From assembly GCA_964481865.1 (NCBI GenBank), contig CAYZUG010000003.1, positions 38,295 through 102,294 of the forward strand: a DNA stretch of 64,000 nucleotides, in the 5' to 3' direction. The notes under the pieces are model-generated. The model had not been told where the DNA came from, did not search any database, and saw nothing but the letters and a program-made list of their open reading frames with translations. Positions 9,233 through 19,168 of the stretch are shown piece by piece. The position numbers and the translations under genes were made by a program. Each line of letters begins with the position of its first letter. Position 1 is the stretch's first letter. This DNA is from an uncultured Thermomonas sp. Its GTDB lineage: Bacteria > Pseudomonadota > Gammaproteobacteria > Xanthomonadales > Xanthomonadaceae.

Positions 9233-10522
9233 TTAGTCGGAACGTTTCACATCTTTCAGTCGCTCGATACCCAGCAAGCTGAGAATGTACTTTTCATAGA
9301 TCGGCTCGGAAGTCCCGTTGCGCATCTTGTAGAGGAAGTATTTTTCAAAACCGATTTTTGCCAGATGCACCCACTTGCCGATTTTTGTCCACGTCACATT
9401 GCGTGGTGGAATCTGCGGCAACGCGACAAATGCAGCACCTGTATCGCCCATATCTGCCAGACAAACAGCATTCCATGTGCCTTCAAAATTCGCGGCTTCC
9501 CCTTTCATTTCCGCCTGGATATTACGCACGATCGTGGTCACCATTGACTCGATCATGAAACCTGTCTTGGGCGCACCGGTTGGCACAGGCGTCGGTTCCA
9601 CTGGCGGAATGGCCACGCACACGCCCGCCGAAAAAATCTTCGGGTATTTGGTGCTGCGCTGATGTTTATCGACAATGACAAACCCACGTGGATTGCAAAG
9701 CCCTTCAACAGCAGCAACCGCATCCACACCTTTAAATGCCGGCAACAGCATCGAGTACTTGAATGGCACTTGGTGAACATCACCCGGCTGCCCTTTGCTG
9801 TCGTGTTCTTGTACGGTCATTTCACCGTCACGAATTTCCGTGACTTTACTATTGGCGATCCAGCGGATATGCCGCTGCCGCAATTCCGACTCCATCATGC
9901 CCTTTGAGTCACCCACACCACCTAACCCCATATGCCCGATATAAGGTTCGCTGGTGACAAAGGTAATCGGCACTTGGTCACGGATTTTGCGCTTGCGCAG
10001 ATCCGCATCCACAATCATCACAAATTCATAGGCAGGGCCAAAACAACTCGCCCCTTGCATGGCACCAATCACCACTGGCCCAGGATTTTTGACGAACTCC
10101 TGATAGGCATCCAGTGCATGCGCCGCATGTGGCGTGGTGCAAACCGATTGTGTGTAACCACCTTCTGGCCCGGCACCTGGCACTTCATCGAACGCCAATT
10201 TGGGGCCTGTGCAGATCAGCAGATAGTCGTATTCGATACGCTCACCTTTGCCGGTGATCACGGCATCGCCGTCGGCATCAATACGCTCAACACCACTATC
10301 ATCGAAAGCGATGTCATGTTTTTTGACCTGCATTGGCACATTCAGGCTGATCTCTTCCTGTTTCCGCCAACCCACGGCAAGCCATGGATTTGAAGGCGTG
10401 AAACCAAAGGTATCGCCCTTGCCAATCAAAGTGATCTGATGCTCCTTCCCCAGCACCTCACGCAATTCATAGGCAGCGCTCATGCCCCCCAGCCCAGCGC
10501 CCATTACGACAATCTTTGCCAT
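9233..10522 (-). CDS. sqr: Sulfide:quinone oxidoreductase, type-I-like
   Basis: From memory, it is collinear along its whole length with Acidithiobacillus-type SQR. Three conserved Cys contexts are present: SVCTTPH, GASCFGPAYE and WNAVCLADMGD. ATG 10522 (MAKIVVMGAG) follows GGGAGGGGG. Confidence 0.88.
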   Translation of the reverse strand: MAKIVVMGAGLGGMSAAYELREVLGKEHQITLIGKGDTFGFTPSNPWLAVGWRKQEEISLNVPMQVKKHDIAFDDSGVERIDADGDAVITGKGERIEYDYLLICTGPKLAFDEVPGAGPEGGYTQSVCTTPHAAHALDAYQEFVKNPGPVVIGAMQGASCFGPAYEFVMIVDADLRKRKIRDQVPITFVTSEPYIGHMGLGGVGDSKGMMESELRQRHIRWIANSKVTEIRDGEMTVQEHDSKGQPGDVHQVPFKYSMLLPAFKGVDAVAAVEGLCNPRGFVIVDKHQRSTKYPKIFSAGVCVAIPPVEPTPVPTGAPKTGFMIESMVTTIVRNIQAEMKGEAANFEGTWNAVCLADMGDTGAAFVALPQIPPRNVTWTKIGKWVHLAKIGFEKYFLYKMRNGTSEPIYEKYILSLLGIERLKDVKRSD

Positions 10523-10584
10523 GTCCAACCCCCTCCCAGCCGTTTCAGGCAATTTACATTAGATGTTGCTTATATTAGCGTTGT

Positions 10585-10599
10585 TTGATATAAAATCAA
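10585..10599. promoter_or_regulatory. Candidate operator (TTGAT-N5-ATCAA) in the sqr / ArsR-family divergent intergenic region
   Basis: The inverted repeat TTGATATAAAATCAA lies in the AT-rich 122-bp region between the divergent starts. I can assign no binding protein from sequence alone. Confidence 0.3.
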
Positions 10600-10644
10600 G
10601 CCCATCACATCGATTTCATAAATTTCTTTGTTACCCCCCATCTC

Positions 10645-11019
10645 ATGAGCAAGGCACACCAATCCACCCCAGTGGCTTCTTCACCGCGTACTGGTGGCAT
10701 GAATCCTGAATCCATGCGCATGCATGCCGCTGATGCCGCCCAGCTTTTGCGTGCACTGGCCAATGAAAAACGTTTGATGCTGCTATGCCTGCTTGTTGAA
10801 GGCGAACGCTCGGTCAGCGAGTTGAACAGCAAAGTCGATTTAAGCCAATCCGCCCTGTCACAACATCTTGCGGTGTTACGCACGGATGGGCTGGTACAGA
10901 CGCGGCGCGTGGCGCAAACCATTTACTACGCATTGGCCGACGGCCCCGCGCAACGCATCATCGAAACACTCCACGGCATTTACTGTGGCACTGCGCCACT
11001 TTGCGATAGCAAGATGTAA
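10645..11019 (+). CDS. ArsR/SmtB-family regulator, BigR/SqrR-like two-cysteine persulfide sensor candidate
   Basis: It has a winged-helix core (SVSELNSKVDLSQSALSQHLAVLRTDGLV). One Cys lies in LMLLCLLVEG and another near the C-terminus (HGIYCGT), matching the BigR-type redox pair positions. It is divergent from sqr. Confidence 0.75.
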   Translation: MSKAHQSTPVASSPRTGGMNPESMRMHAADAAQLLRALANEKRLMLLCLLVEGERSVSELNSKVDLSQSALSQHLAVLRTDGLVQTRRVAQTIYYALADGPAQRIIETLHGIYCGTAPLCDSKM

Positions 11020-11028
11020 TCTGCACTA

Positions 11029-13128
11029 CTAAGCAGACGCAAAGCGCGCAGCACCACCTACCCAGCGTTCAACAATCTGCTCTGCCAATTCGGGCTCACT
11101 CTGCAAGAGCTGATCAGCAAGACGATGCACGTGCGGCAACAAATCCGCATCACGTACAAGATCGGCCATACGAAATGCCGCTAACCCCGTTTGCCGCGTT
11201 CCCAATAATTCACCTGGACCACGTAGCTCAAGATCTTTTTCAGCAATGACAAAACCGTCATTGGTCTGCCGCATCACATCAAGGCGCTGCTGCGCCAATG
11301 CCGACAGTGGTTTCTGGTAAAGCAAAACACAGCTTGATGCTGCACTGCCACGTCCCACACGCCCGCGTAATTGATGCAACTGCGCCAACCCAAGACGCTC
11401 GGCATTTTCAATCACCATCAGTGAAGCATTCGGCACATCAACACCTACTTCAATCACCGTGGTGGCAACCAGCAAATGGACTTTTCCCTGTTTGAAAGCA
11501 TGCATGGTTGCCTGCTTCTCAGCTGGTTTCTGCCTACCATGCACGAGGGCAATCGAAAGCTCCGGCATGGCGGCTTGCAGCAATTCATATGTGCTCTGTG
11601 CTGCTTGTGCCATCACCTCATCGGAGTCGTCAATCAATGTGCATACCCAGTAAGCTTGACGGCCCTCCGCACAAGCAAGACGAATACGTGCCATCAACTC
11701 ATCACGTCGCTCTGCAGCAATCGCCACCGTCACCACAGGTGTTCGCCCGGGTGGAAGCTCATCAATGGATGAGACATCCAAGTCCGCATAGGCACTCATC
11801 GCCAATGTGCGTGGAATAGGCGTCGCGGTCATCACCAGTTGATGCGGAACGCGGCCACGTCCTTTATCACGCAAGGCCAAACGCTGGTCAACACCAAACC
11901 GATGCTGCTCATCAATAATTGCCAACGCAAGATCATGAAATTCAACCGCTTCCTGCATCAGCGCATGCGTCCCCACCACCAACTGCACATCACCACTCGC
12001 AATCGCCTGCAACACTGACGCACGGGCTTTCCCGGTGACTTTTCCGGCTAACCACCCTACACGTACACCATGCGGTTCAAGCCATGCTTGTAATGTGGTG
12101 AAGTGCTGCTCTGCCAATAATTCGGTTGGTGCCATCAACGCGGCCTGCCTACCGTCGGCAATAGCCAGTAAGGCCACCAATGCGGCCACCACGGTTTTTC
12201 CGCTTCCCACATCCCCCTGAACCAAGCGCAACATCGGTATGGATCGACACACATCGTGCCGTGCTTGTGCATACACACGCGCCTGTGCAGACGTCAGAGA
12301 AAATGGCAATGTTGCAAGCAGCTTCTGTGCAAGCACCTCATCACCCGATAGTGCACGTGCACCTTCGGCCTGTATGCGCAAACGTTGACGACGCAAACCA
12401 AGTTGATGCGCAAGCAATTCTTCCAGTGCCAGCCGCCGCTGTGCTGGATGCAACCCACTCTGCAGGGCTGCGGTATTGGCTTCTTGCGATGGTTGATGCA
12501 AAAACAAAATCGCATCACGCAGTGAAGGCAACGCCAAGCCCCGCAAATACGTATCAGGCAGCAATTCCAAAGCGTTATCGTTGGGCAGCTTTTGCAAAGC
12601 CTGTGCAATCAGCTTGCGCAAACTGACAGCACCAACTCCCTCGATTTCCGGATATACCGGGTCCAATGTCGCGCTGAGTGCACAGGTGTGATCACCCAGA
12701 ACCCGATAGCTTGGGTGCACGATTTCGATGCCTTGTGCCGTCAGGCGTGGGGTGCCGTAAACACGTACCCGTGTTCCCACTGCAAATTGCGCGACCTGTT
12801 GCGCACGAAAATGAAAAAAACGCAGAACAAGCGTGCCTTGTGACGCATCCGTCAACACCACCCGCAACATCGGGCGATAACGAAAGCTGCGCTCTACCGC
12901 TGCAACGCGCCCTTCAACTTGTGCCGCAACATTGGGTTGCAGATCATGAATCGGTATTAGTGCAGTGCGGTCTTCGTAACTGCGGGGCAGGTATAGCCAG
13001 AGATCCTGCAACGTCAGCAGACCACGCGCAGCCAATTTCCCCTGCAATACCGGCCCCACACCAGAAAGCGACGCAACCGGCGCCTTTGCGCCGGCTGCCT
13101 GCAGCATGACTGTAGGTTTCACAGCCAT
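11029..13128 (-). CDS. recG: ATP-dependent DNA helicase RecG
   Basis: The protein is 699 aa with a wedge domain and helicase motifs (GDVGSGKT, DEQHRFG, QLRGRVGRG). Confidence 0.95.
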   Translation of the reverse strand: MAVKPTVMLQAAGAKAPVASLSGVGPVLQGKLAARGLLTLQDLWLYLPRSYEDRTALIPIHDLQPNVAAQVEGRVAAVERSFRYRPMLRVVLTDASQGTLVLRFFHFRAQQVAQFAVGTRVRVYGTPRLTAQGIEIVHPSYRVLGDHTCALSATLDPVYPEIEGVGAVSLRKLIAQALQKLPNDNALELLPDTYLRGLALPSLRDAILFLHQPSQEANTAALQSGLHPAQRRLALEELLAHQLGLRRQRLRIQAEGARALSGDEVLAQKLLATLPFSLTSAQARVYAQARHDVCRSIPMLRLVQGDVGSGKTVVAALVALLAIADGRQAALMAPTELLAEQHFTTLQAWLEPHGVRVGWLAGKVTGKARASVLQAIASGDVQLVVGTHALMQEAVEFHDLALAIIDEQHRFGVDQRLALRDKGRGRVPHQLVMTATPIPRTLAMSAYADLDVSSIDELPPGRTPVVTVAIAAERRDELMARIRLACAEGRQAYWVCTLIDDSDEVMAQAAQSTYELLQAAMPELSIALVHGRQKPAEKQATMHAFKQGKVHLLVATTVIEVGVDVPNASLMVIENAERLGLAQLHQLRGRVGRGSAASSCVLLYQKPLSALAQQRLDVMRQTNDGFVIAEKDLELRGPGELLGTRQTGLAAFRMADLVRDADLLPHVHRLADQLLQSEPELAEQIVERWVGGAARFASA

Positions 13129-13158
13129 TCACGCCATGCCTCCAGAAACAATTGGTGA

Positions 13159-13542
13159 TTAGTCCAGCACCATGATGCCATCGACCTCAAAGATCGCACC
13201 GCGTGGCAGACCCGATACCTCAATGGTGGAACGTGCCGGATAAGGTTGGCTGAAGTATTCAGCCATCACTGCATTGACCTTGGCGAACTGCGAAAGATCG
13301 GTCAGGTACAAGCCAAGGCGCACAACATTGTCGAACGAACCGCCCGCAGCTTCACACACTGCCCGCAGGTTTTCAAAAGCTTGCCGTGCATGCGCTTCAA
13401 TATCGCCTTCTGCCATCTCCCCGGTGGCTGGGACAAGTGGCGTCTGCCCCGACAAATACACAGTATTGCCAGCACGCACGCCTTGCGAATACGGGCCAAT
13501 AGCGGCGGGGGCAGCATCAGAATGAATCGGCGTACGTGACAT
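13159..13542 (-). CDS. ridA: RidA family reactive enamine/imine deaminase
   Basis: The YjgF/RidA sequence is present ([11 protein letters not shown]...[13 protein letters not shown]). ATG 13542 follows a GGAG SD. Confidence 0.9.
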   Translation of the reverse strand: MSRTPIHSDAAPAAIGPYSQGVRAGNTVYLSGQTPLVPATGEMAEGDIEAHARQAFENLRAVCEAAGGSFDNVVRLGLYLTDLSQFAKVNAVMAEYFSQPYPARSTIEVSGLPRGAIFEVDGIMVLD

Positions 13543-13605
13543 AGCATTCTCCAGAAAAATTGAGCAAAACAGAACGTGCAAGTTTAACGCCTTCGCACCG
13601 ACAAC

Positions 13606-15801
13606 TCACAAACGCTGCACGTCCTGCACAACTTGCAAGCGTCGCACGCCGCGAATGACATCTGCCAGATGGCGGGTATCCGATACATCCAACACAACGC
13701 GCAACACCGCGATATTACTGTCGCGTTCGAGGTATTCAACGCGATCAATATTGGCACCTGCGTTAGCGATTGCGGAAGCAATTTTTGCCAATACACCCGG
13801 GCGGTTTTCGGCTTCAACACGAATCGCCACGGTGAACTCACCAGTCACATCACGATCCCAGGCCACCGGTACCCAGCGTTCTGGAGATTTCCGCAGTTCA
13901 ATCAGATTCGGACATTCCATACGATGCAGCACGATGCCCTTACCCGCACTGTGATAGCCCATGATTTCATCGCCGGGAATCGGCATACAGCACTGCGCAA
14001 AGCTCACTACCCCGCTGCCCGAACCGGTAATCTGCATGCGTTCTTTTGGCATCCCAGCAGGGAGTACTTGCCCCGCAGCAGCTTGCGCGGGCTTCGCGCC
14101 TTGTTCTTGCTGCACCAAGACCATCGCCACCTGCATCGGCATGCGATTGCCCAAGGCGATATCGGCAAGCAAGGCTTCTAAACGGGAATATTTATTTTCC
14201 GCCAGATACGCTTCCACACGCTGCATGGGAATGCGATCAAGACCCGCCCCCTGCGCACCCAAAGCGCGATCCAGCATGAAATGCCCCAGCTGCACGGCAT
14301 CCTCATGTTCAAGCTGCTTCAACTGCTGGCGAATGGCAGTTCGTGCCTTACTGGTCACAACAAAATCAAGCCACTGCGTGGATGGCACGGCTGATTTTGC
14401 AGTGATGACTTCAACGGTTTGCCCACTCACCAGCTTGGTGCGTAGCGGTGCGAGGCGTTTATCCACCCGCGCTGTGACCGCATGATTGCCCACATCGGTG
14501 TGTACGGCATAAGCAAAATCCAGCGCCGTTGAATTACGCGGCAATGCCAGAATATCGCCCTTGGGAGAGAACAAATAAACTTCGTCTGGGAACAAATCAA
14601 CTTTGACGTTTTCTAGGAACTCCAGCGAAGAGCCTGTGCCACGCTGACTTTCAACAAGGTTGGCAATCCAGGCGGCCGCACGCATTTGCGCACTGTTACC
14701 GGTATCTTCCGCGCCAATCTTGTAAGCCCAATGCGCCGCCACGCCGCGTTCGGCAATGAGATTCATTTCACTGGTACGAATTTGCACTTCAATCGGTGAG
14801 CCATATGGCCCAAACAGCACGGTATGCAATGATTGATAGCCATTAGCCTTGGGAATAGCAATGAAGTCCCGGAAGCGTGCATCCAGCGGCTTGTACACCG
14901 AATGCACCACACCCAAAGCGTGGTAACAATCGGCCACGGACTCCACAACCACGCGATAGCCAAAGACATCCATCACCTGCGCAAACGTATGCCCCTGTGA
15001 CTTCATCTTGGTGTACACGCTCCAAGGTGCCTTGATGCGCCCCACCAGACGATGCGTAATGCCCTCCATCGCAAGACGTTGGGCAAAACGTGTTTCGATT
15101 TGTGTCAGCACTTCGCGTCGCACCAAAGGGGCACTGCGAATGCGTTTTGAAATCACTGCATGCCGCCATGGATGCAAGGCTTTGAACCCCAGGTCTTGCA
15201 GCTCGGCTTTGATCAGATTCATCCCCAAGCGCTGGGCAATGGGGGCATAAATCTCAAGTGTTTCAATGGCGATACGGCGACTGGCTGAGGGCGACTTCGC
15301 CCCAAGTGTGCGCATATTGTGCAAACGATCCGCCAGCTTGATCAAAATGACGCGCAAATCCCGCGACATCGCCAATAGCATTTTGCGGAAACTTTCAGCC
15401 GCGGCTTCTTGGCGATCAGAAAAATGCAGTTTGTCGAGTTTGGTAACGCCTTCAACGAGGTCAGCCACCGACTTGCCGAACTCTGCTTCGATATCCGCGT
15501 GGCGCAGCGGCGTGTCTTCAATGGTGTCATGCAGTATCGCTGCCACCAGTGTTTCAACATCCAGGCCTTGTTCAGCCAGTACTTGCGCCACGGCAACAGG
15601 ATGGGTGATGTAAGGCTCGCCTGATTTGCGTGTCTGCCCTTCATGCGCGGCTGCGCCAACCAACCATGCGCGCCGCAACTGACGGCGTTGATCGTCCGGC
15701 AAGTAGTTAGCGGCTTGCTCCAATTCCTGCACATAGTCAGGCACTGCGCTGCTTTCAGGCACAGGGGAAGACAAAACAAGTGCAAGATCCGATGGTGTCA
15801 T
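13606..15801 (-). CDS. spoT: Bifunctional (p)ppGpp synthetase/hydrolase
   Basis: It has an HD domain (HDTIEDT), RelA/SpoT synthetase, TGS and ACT regions. I prefer ATG 15801 because the tracked TTG 15882 extension covers a terminator-like hairpin. Confidence 0.9.
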   Translation of the reverse strand: MTPSDLALVLSSPVPESSAVPDYVQELEQAANYLPDDQRRQLRRAWLVGAAAHEGQTRKSGEPYITHPVAVAQVLAEQGLDVETLVAAILHDTIEDTPLRHADIEAEFGKSVADLVEGVTKLDKLHFSDRQEAAAESFRKMLLAMSRDLRVILIKLADRLHNMRTLGAKSPSASRRIAIETLEIYAPIAQRLGMNLIKAELQDLGFKALHPWRHAVISKRIRSAPLVRREVLTQIETRFAQRLAMEGITHRLVGRIKAPWSVYTKMKSQGHTFAQVMDVFGYRVVVESVADCYHALGVVHSVYKPLDARFRDFIAIPKANGYQSLHTVLFGPYGSPIEVQIRTSEMNLIAERGVAAHWAYKIGAEDTGNSAQMRAAAWIANLVESQRGTGSSLEFLENVKVDLFPDEVYLFSPKGDILALPRNSTALDFAYAVHTDVGNHAVTARVDKRLAPLRTKLVSGQTVEVITAKSAVPSTQWLDFVVTSKARTAIRQQLKQLEHEDAVQLGHFMLDRALGAQGAGLDRIPMQRVEAYLAENKYSRLEALLADIALGNRMPMQVAMVLVQQEQGAKPAQAAAGQVLPAGMPKERMQITGSGSGVVSFAQCCMPIPGDEIMGYHSAGKGIVLHRMECPNLIELRKSPERWVPVAWDRDVTGEFTVAIRVEAENRPGVLAKIASAIANAGANIDRVEYLERDSNIAVLRVVLDVSDTRHLADVIRGVRRLQVVQDVQRL

Positions 15802-15835
15802 GGTAATGAGCGTACACGCTGACATGGCAAGCTCG

Positions 15836-15864
15836 CAAACGAAAACGACCCCTTCGGGGCCGTC
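15836..15864 (-). terminator. Terminator-like hairpin between rpoZ and spoT (possible partial terminator)
   Basis: On the minus strand the sequence is GACGGCCCC-GAA-GGGGTCGTT followed by TTCGTTTG. The hairpin starts about 25 nt after the rpoZ stop. Confidence 0.35.
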
Positions 15865-15891
15865 TTCTGTTTTGCGATGCAACGACGTACG

Positions 15892-16194
15892 TCAGTCGTC
15901 GCTTTTCATGTCGTCATCCGCAGCCACAACTTCAGCAGCTGCCCACTCCAAGGCTTCGCGCTCTTTACGTTCGCGCTCTGCTTTTTCCACGGCATCGATA
16001 TAGTCGGTATCAATTGCGCGGGCTGCGATTTCACGCAATGCCAATACGGTTGGCTTGTCATTGGCCACATTGCTTAACTTCGCTTCTACAGCAGGCTTGC
16101 CGGACAGTTGGCGCGCACGCTTGGCAGCCATCATCACGAGTTCGAAGCGGTTATCGACCACCTGCAGGCAGTCTTCGACAGTAATACGAGCCAT
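15892..16194 (-). CDS. rpoZ: DNA-directed RNA polymerase subunit omega
   Basis: The N-terminus [30 protein letters not shown] is the canonical RpoZ start. Confidence 0.95.
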   Translation of the reverse strand: MARITVEDCLQVVDNRFELVMMAAKRARQLSGKPAVEAKLSNVANDKPTVLALREIAARAIDTDYIDAVEKAERERKEREALEWAAAEVVAADDDMKSDD

Positions 16195-16307
16195 ATCTAT
16201 CCTGCGACCTGTTGGCCGCGAAAGTGATTCAAGGGGTCGCGTAGTTTAGCAAACCAGATGGGATTCGCAAGCATGCCTTTGCAAATCAACTGCTTAGATA
16301 AAAATTA

Positions 16308-16919
16308 TCAGGCAAGCAGCGTATTAAGAAGCTGTGCATGCCGGTTCTTCTGGCTCTCCTGACGCAAACGGCTGGCAGTGAAAATACTGCACATTTCCGT
16401 CACCGCAGTATCAAACACCTCATTGACGATGACATAGTCAAACTCATCGTAATGGCTCATTTCATCGCGTGCGGCCGCCAAACGACGCTGAATGACGTCC
16501 TCGCTATCCTGCCCGCGTTTACGCATGCGTTCTTCCAAGGCCGCTGGCGAAGGCGGCAAAATAAATACGCTGACGGCATCCGGAATCTTGGCGCGCACTT
16601 GCCGCGCCCCCTGCCAATCAATTTCCAGCAACACATCATTGCCTTGCGCAAGGAAAGGCTCAACCGATTGCCGCGCCGTGCCTTTCCAGTCACCGTGCAC
16701 ACGAGCATGTTCAAAAAAATCACCTGCATCCACCATCGCCTCGAACACATCGGCACTGACGAAGTGGTAATGCTCGGCATGCCGTTCCCCAGGTCGTGGT
16801 GCACGCGAGGTGAAAGAAATCGACAGACGGATATTTTTATCGCGCGCCAGAACCGCATTGACGATACTGGACTTTCCCGCCCCGGAAGGAGCCGCAACAA
16901 TGTAAAGCGTTCCGCGCAT
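16308..16919 (-). CDS. gmk: Guanylate kinase
   Basis: It has a P-loop (APSGAGKSS) and the guanylate kinase fold sequence. Confidence 0.95.
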   Translation of the reverse strand: MRGTLYIVAAPSGAGKSSIVNAVLARDKNIRLSISFTSRAPRPGERHAEHYHFVSADVFEAMVDAGDFFEHARVHGDWKGTARQSVEPFLAQGNDVLLEIDWQGARQVRAKIPDAVSVFILPPSPAALEERMRKRGQDSEDVIQRRLAAARDEMSHYDEFDYVIVNEVFDTAVTEMCSIFTASRLRQESQKNRHAQLLNTLLA

Positions 16920-16922
16920 GGC

Positions 16923-17786
16923 TTACTCGATATTCTGGATTTGTTCGCGAATCTGGTCGATCAGCACTTTCAATTCAATGGCGGCATTACTGGTACGCGC
17001 ATCCACGGATTTGCTGCCCAGTGTATTGGCCTCACGGTTGAATTCCTGCAGCAGGAAATCAAGGCGACGCCCTACCGGCTCTTTGCCACCTTTCAGAATC
17101 CGCCGAAGTTCGGTCAAGTGGCTGTCCAAACGGTCAAGTTCTTCATCGACATCAAGTTTCTGCAACCAGATCACCAGTTCCTGTTCAAGCCGCCCGGGCT
17201 CAACAGGCTGCGCAAGGTCAGCCAGACGCGCTTGTAGTTTTTGGCGCTGCCCTGCACGAATCTGTGGCACTAAGGTACGCACATCGGCGGCGATGGTTGC
17301 AATCATTTCGGCACGCTCACCAATGACAGCGGCCAATTTCCCACCCTCACGCTCACGTGCAGCAGTGAAATCATCCAGCACAGCATCCAGCACAATGCGC
17401 GCCTCTTGCAGCAGTGCATCGCCATCCAGACTGCGGGATTGCAGCACGCCAGGAAACTGCAAAAGCTCGGTAAAGCTGGTGCGCAGCGCAGGAAACTTTG
17501 CATCCAGATCGCGGTTCACCCGCGCCAGCTCTTCAAGCATGGCTTCATTAAGGTGCAAACCGACAGCCGACTCTTGTGCGCGCAAACGCAAGGTGAAATC
17601 CAATTTCCCACGTGACACACGCGTGGAAATACGCTCGCGCAGTTGTGTTTCATAGGCGCGCAGTTCTTCCGGCAGACGCAGGCTCAACTCCAAGAAGCGG
17701 TGGTTCACGGCGCGCAACTCACCTGAGAGCATGCCCCAATCGGTAGTGCGCTCTCCCGAGGCGAAGGCCGTCATGCTGCGAATCAT
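16923..17786 (-). CDS. yicC: YicC family stress-induced protein
   Basis: The start MIRSMTAFA...[10 protein letters not shown] and the C-terminal IREQIQNIE are typical of YicC. It lies divergent from rph, as in many gammaproteobacteria. Confidence 0.85.
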   Translation of the reverse strand: MIRSMTAFASGERTTDWGMLSGELRAVNHRFLELSLRLPEELRAYETQLRERISTRVSRGKLDFTLRLRAQESAVGLHLNEAMLEELARVNRDLDAKFPALRTSFTELLQFPGVLQSRSLDGDALLQEARIVLDAVLDDFTAAREREGGKLAAVIGERAEMIATIAADVRTLVPQIRAGQRQKLQARLADLAQPVEPGRLEQELVIWLQKLDVDEELDRLDSHLTELRRILKGGKEPVGRRLDFLLQEFNREANTLGSKSVDARTSNAAIELKVLIDQIREQIQNIE

Positions 17787-17852
17787 GGATGTACCCAGAA
17801 CACTGAAAACACGAATGGTAATCTAGCAGCCCCCAATTGGCTGATCTTTTGC

Positions 17853-18578
17853 ATGTCTTTTTCTCGTCCCAGTGGCCGTATGGTCAATCAACTTCGCCCG
17901 ATTCGCATTGAACGCGGCTTTACCCGACATGCCGAAGGCTCTGTTCTCGTCAGCTTTGGCGATACGCGTGTGCTCTGCACTGCCAGCGTGGAAAACAAGG
18001 TGCCTGGCTTTCTACGCGGTAAAGGAGAGGGCTGGCTAACAGCAGAATACGGGATGCTGCCACGCGCCACCCATACCCGATCTGACCGCGAAGCCGCACG
18101 CGGCAAGCAAGGGGGGCGCACGCTTGAAATTCAGCGCCTGATTGGCCGTAGCCTGCGTGCCTGCGTTGATCGCAGCCTTTTGGGTGAACGCACCATCACC
18201 CTCGACTGTGATGTTTTACAGGCCGATGGTGGCACCCGTACCGCCGCCATTACCGGTGCTTATGTTGCACTTGCCGACGCCACTCGTCAGCTACTGGCGC
18301 GCGGTGAAATTAAGCGCGATCCGCTTTTTGGTGCCGTTGCAGCCATTTCGGTGGGTATCTATCAGGGCACCCCCGTCCTTGATCTGGATTACGCCGAAGA
18401 CAGCAATTGCGATACCGACATGAATATCGTGATGAACGAAGGCGGTGGCTTCATCGAATTGCAAGGTACCGCCGAGGGGCATGCATTCCGACGCGATGAG
18501 CTCAATGCCTTATTGGAGCTTGCCGAGCAAGGCTGCCGCACACTGTTTACCTTGCAACAAGAGGCACTTGCTGCATGA
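17853..18578 (+). CDS. rph: Ribonuclease PH
   Basis: The RNase PH sequence is present (RPSGR...[20 protein letters not shown]). Confidence 0.95.
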   Translation: MSFSRPSGRMVNQLRPIRIERGFTRHAEGSVLVSFGDTRVLCTASVENKVPGFLRGKGEGWLTAEYGMLPRATHTRSDREAARGKQGGRTLEIQRLIGRSLRACVDRSLLGERTITLDCDVLQADGGTRTAAITGAYVALADATRQLLARGEIKRDPLFGAVAAISVGIYQGTPVLDLDYAEDSNCDTDMNIVMNEGGGFIELQGTAEGHAFRRDELNALLELAEQGCRTLFTLQQEALAA

Positions 18579-19162
18579 AGCTTGTGCTTGCCAGCAGCAA
18601 CGCAGGGAAGCTCTCCGAGCTTCGCAGTTTGCTGGGCGACGGATTTTCTCTGCATTCACAAGCGGAATTCGCCGTTAATGATGCCGAAGAAACCGGCAAG
18701 AGTTTTATCGAAAATGCCATCCTGAAAGCGCGTCATGCGGCACAAGCCACAGGGATGGCGGCCTTGGCGGATGACTCTGGCCTGTGTGTTGATGCCCTGC
18801 AAGGAGCACCTGGACTGTATTCTGCACGCTATGCTGGCACCCATGGCGACCACCAAGCCAATATCGACAAACTGCTCTCAGACCTCGGCAATACGCAAGA
18901 TCACCAGCGCACGGCTTACTTCGTCTGTGTCTTGGCGCTACTTCGGCATGCAGATGACCCCATGCCTCTGATTGCACAGGGATATTGGCAAGGGCGGATT
19001 TTGCATGCACGGCAAGGCACCGGTGGCTTCGGCTATGACCCTGTTTTTTTCTCTCCGCAGCATGGATGCAGCGCCGCCGAACTCCCCGCTGCAATCAAGA
19101 ATCGTGACAGCCATCGTGGACTTGCACTTGCAGCACTTCGTTCACAACTTGAACAGCGCTGA
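18575..19162 (+). CDS. rdgB: dITP/XTP pyrophosphatase (non-canonical purine NTP pyrophosphatase)
   Basis: It has the Ham1/RdgB sequence ([12 protein letters not shown]...FGYDPVF) and a 4-nt overlap with rph. Confidence 0.9.
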   Translation: MKLVLASSNAGKLSELRSLLGDGFSLHSQAEFAVNDAEETGKSFIENAILKARHAAQATGMAALADDSGLCVDALQGAPGLYSARYAGTHGDHQANIDKLLSDLGNTQDHQRTAYFVCVLALLRHADDPMPLIAQGYWQGRILHARQGTGGFGYDPVFFSPQHGCSAAELPAAIKNRDSHRGLALAALRSQLEQR

Positions 19163-19168
19163 GCTAGC

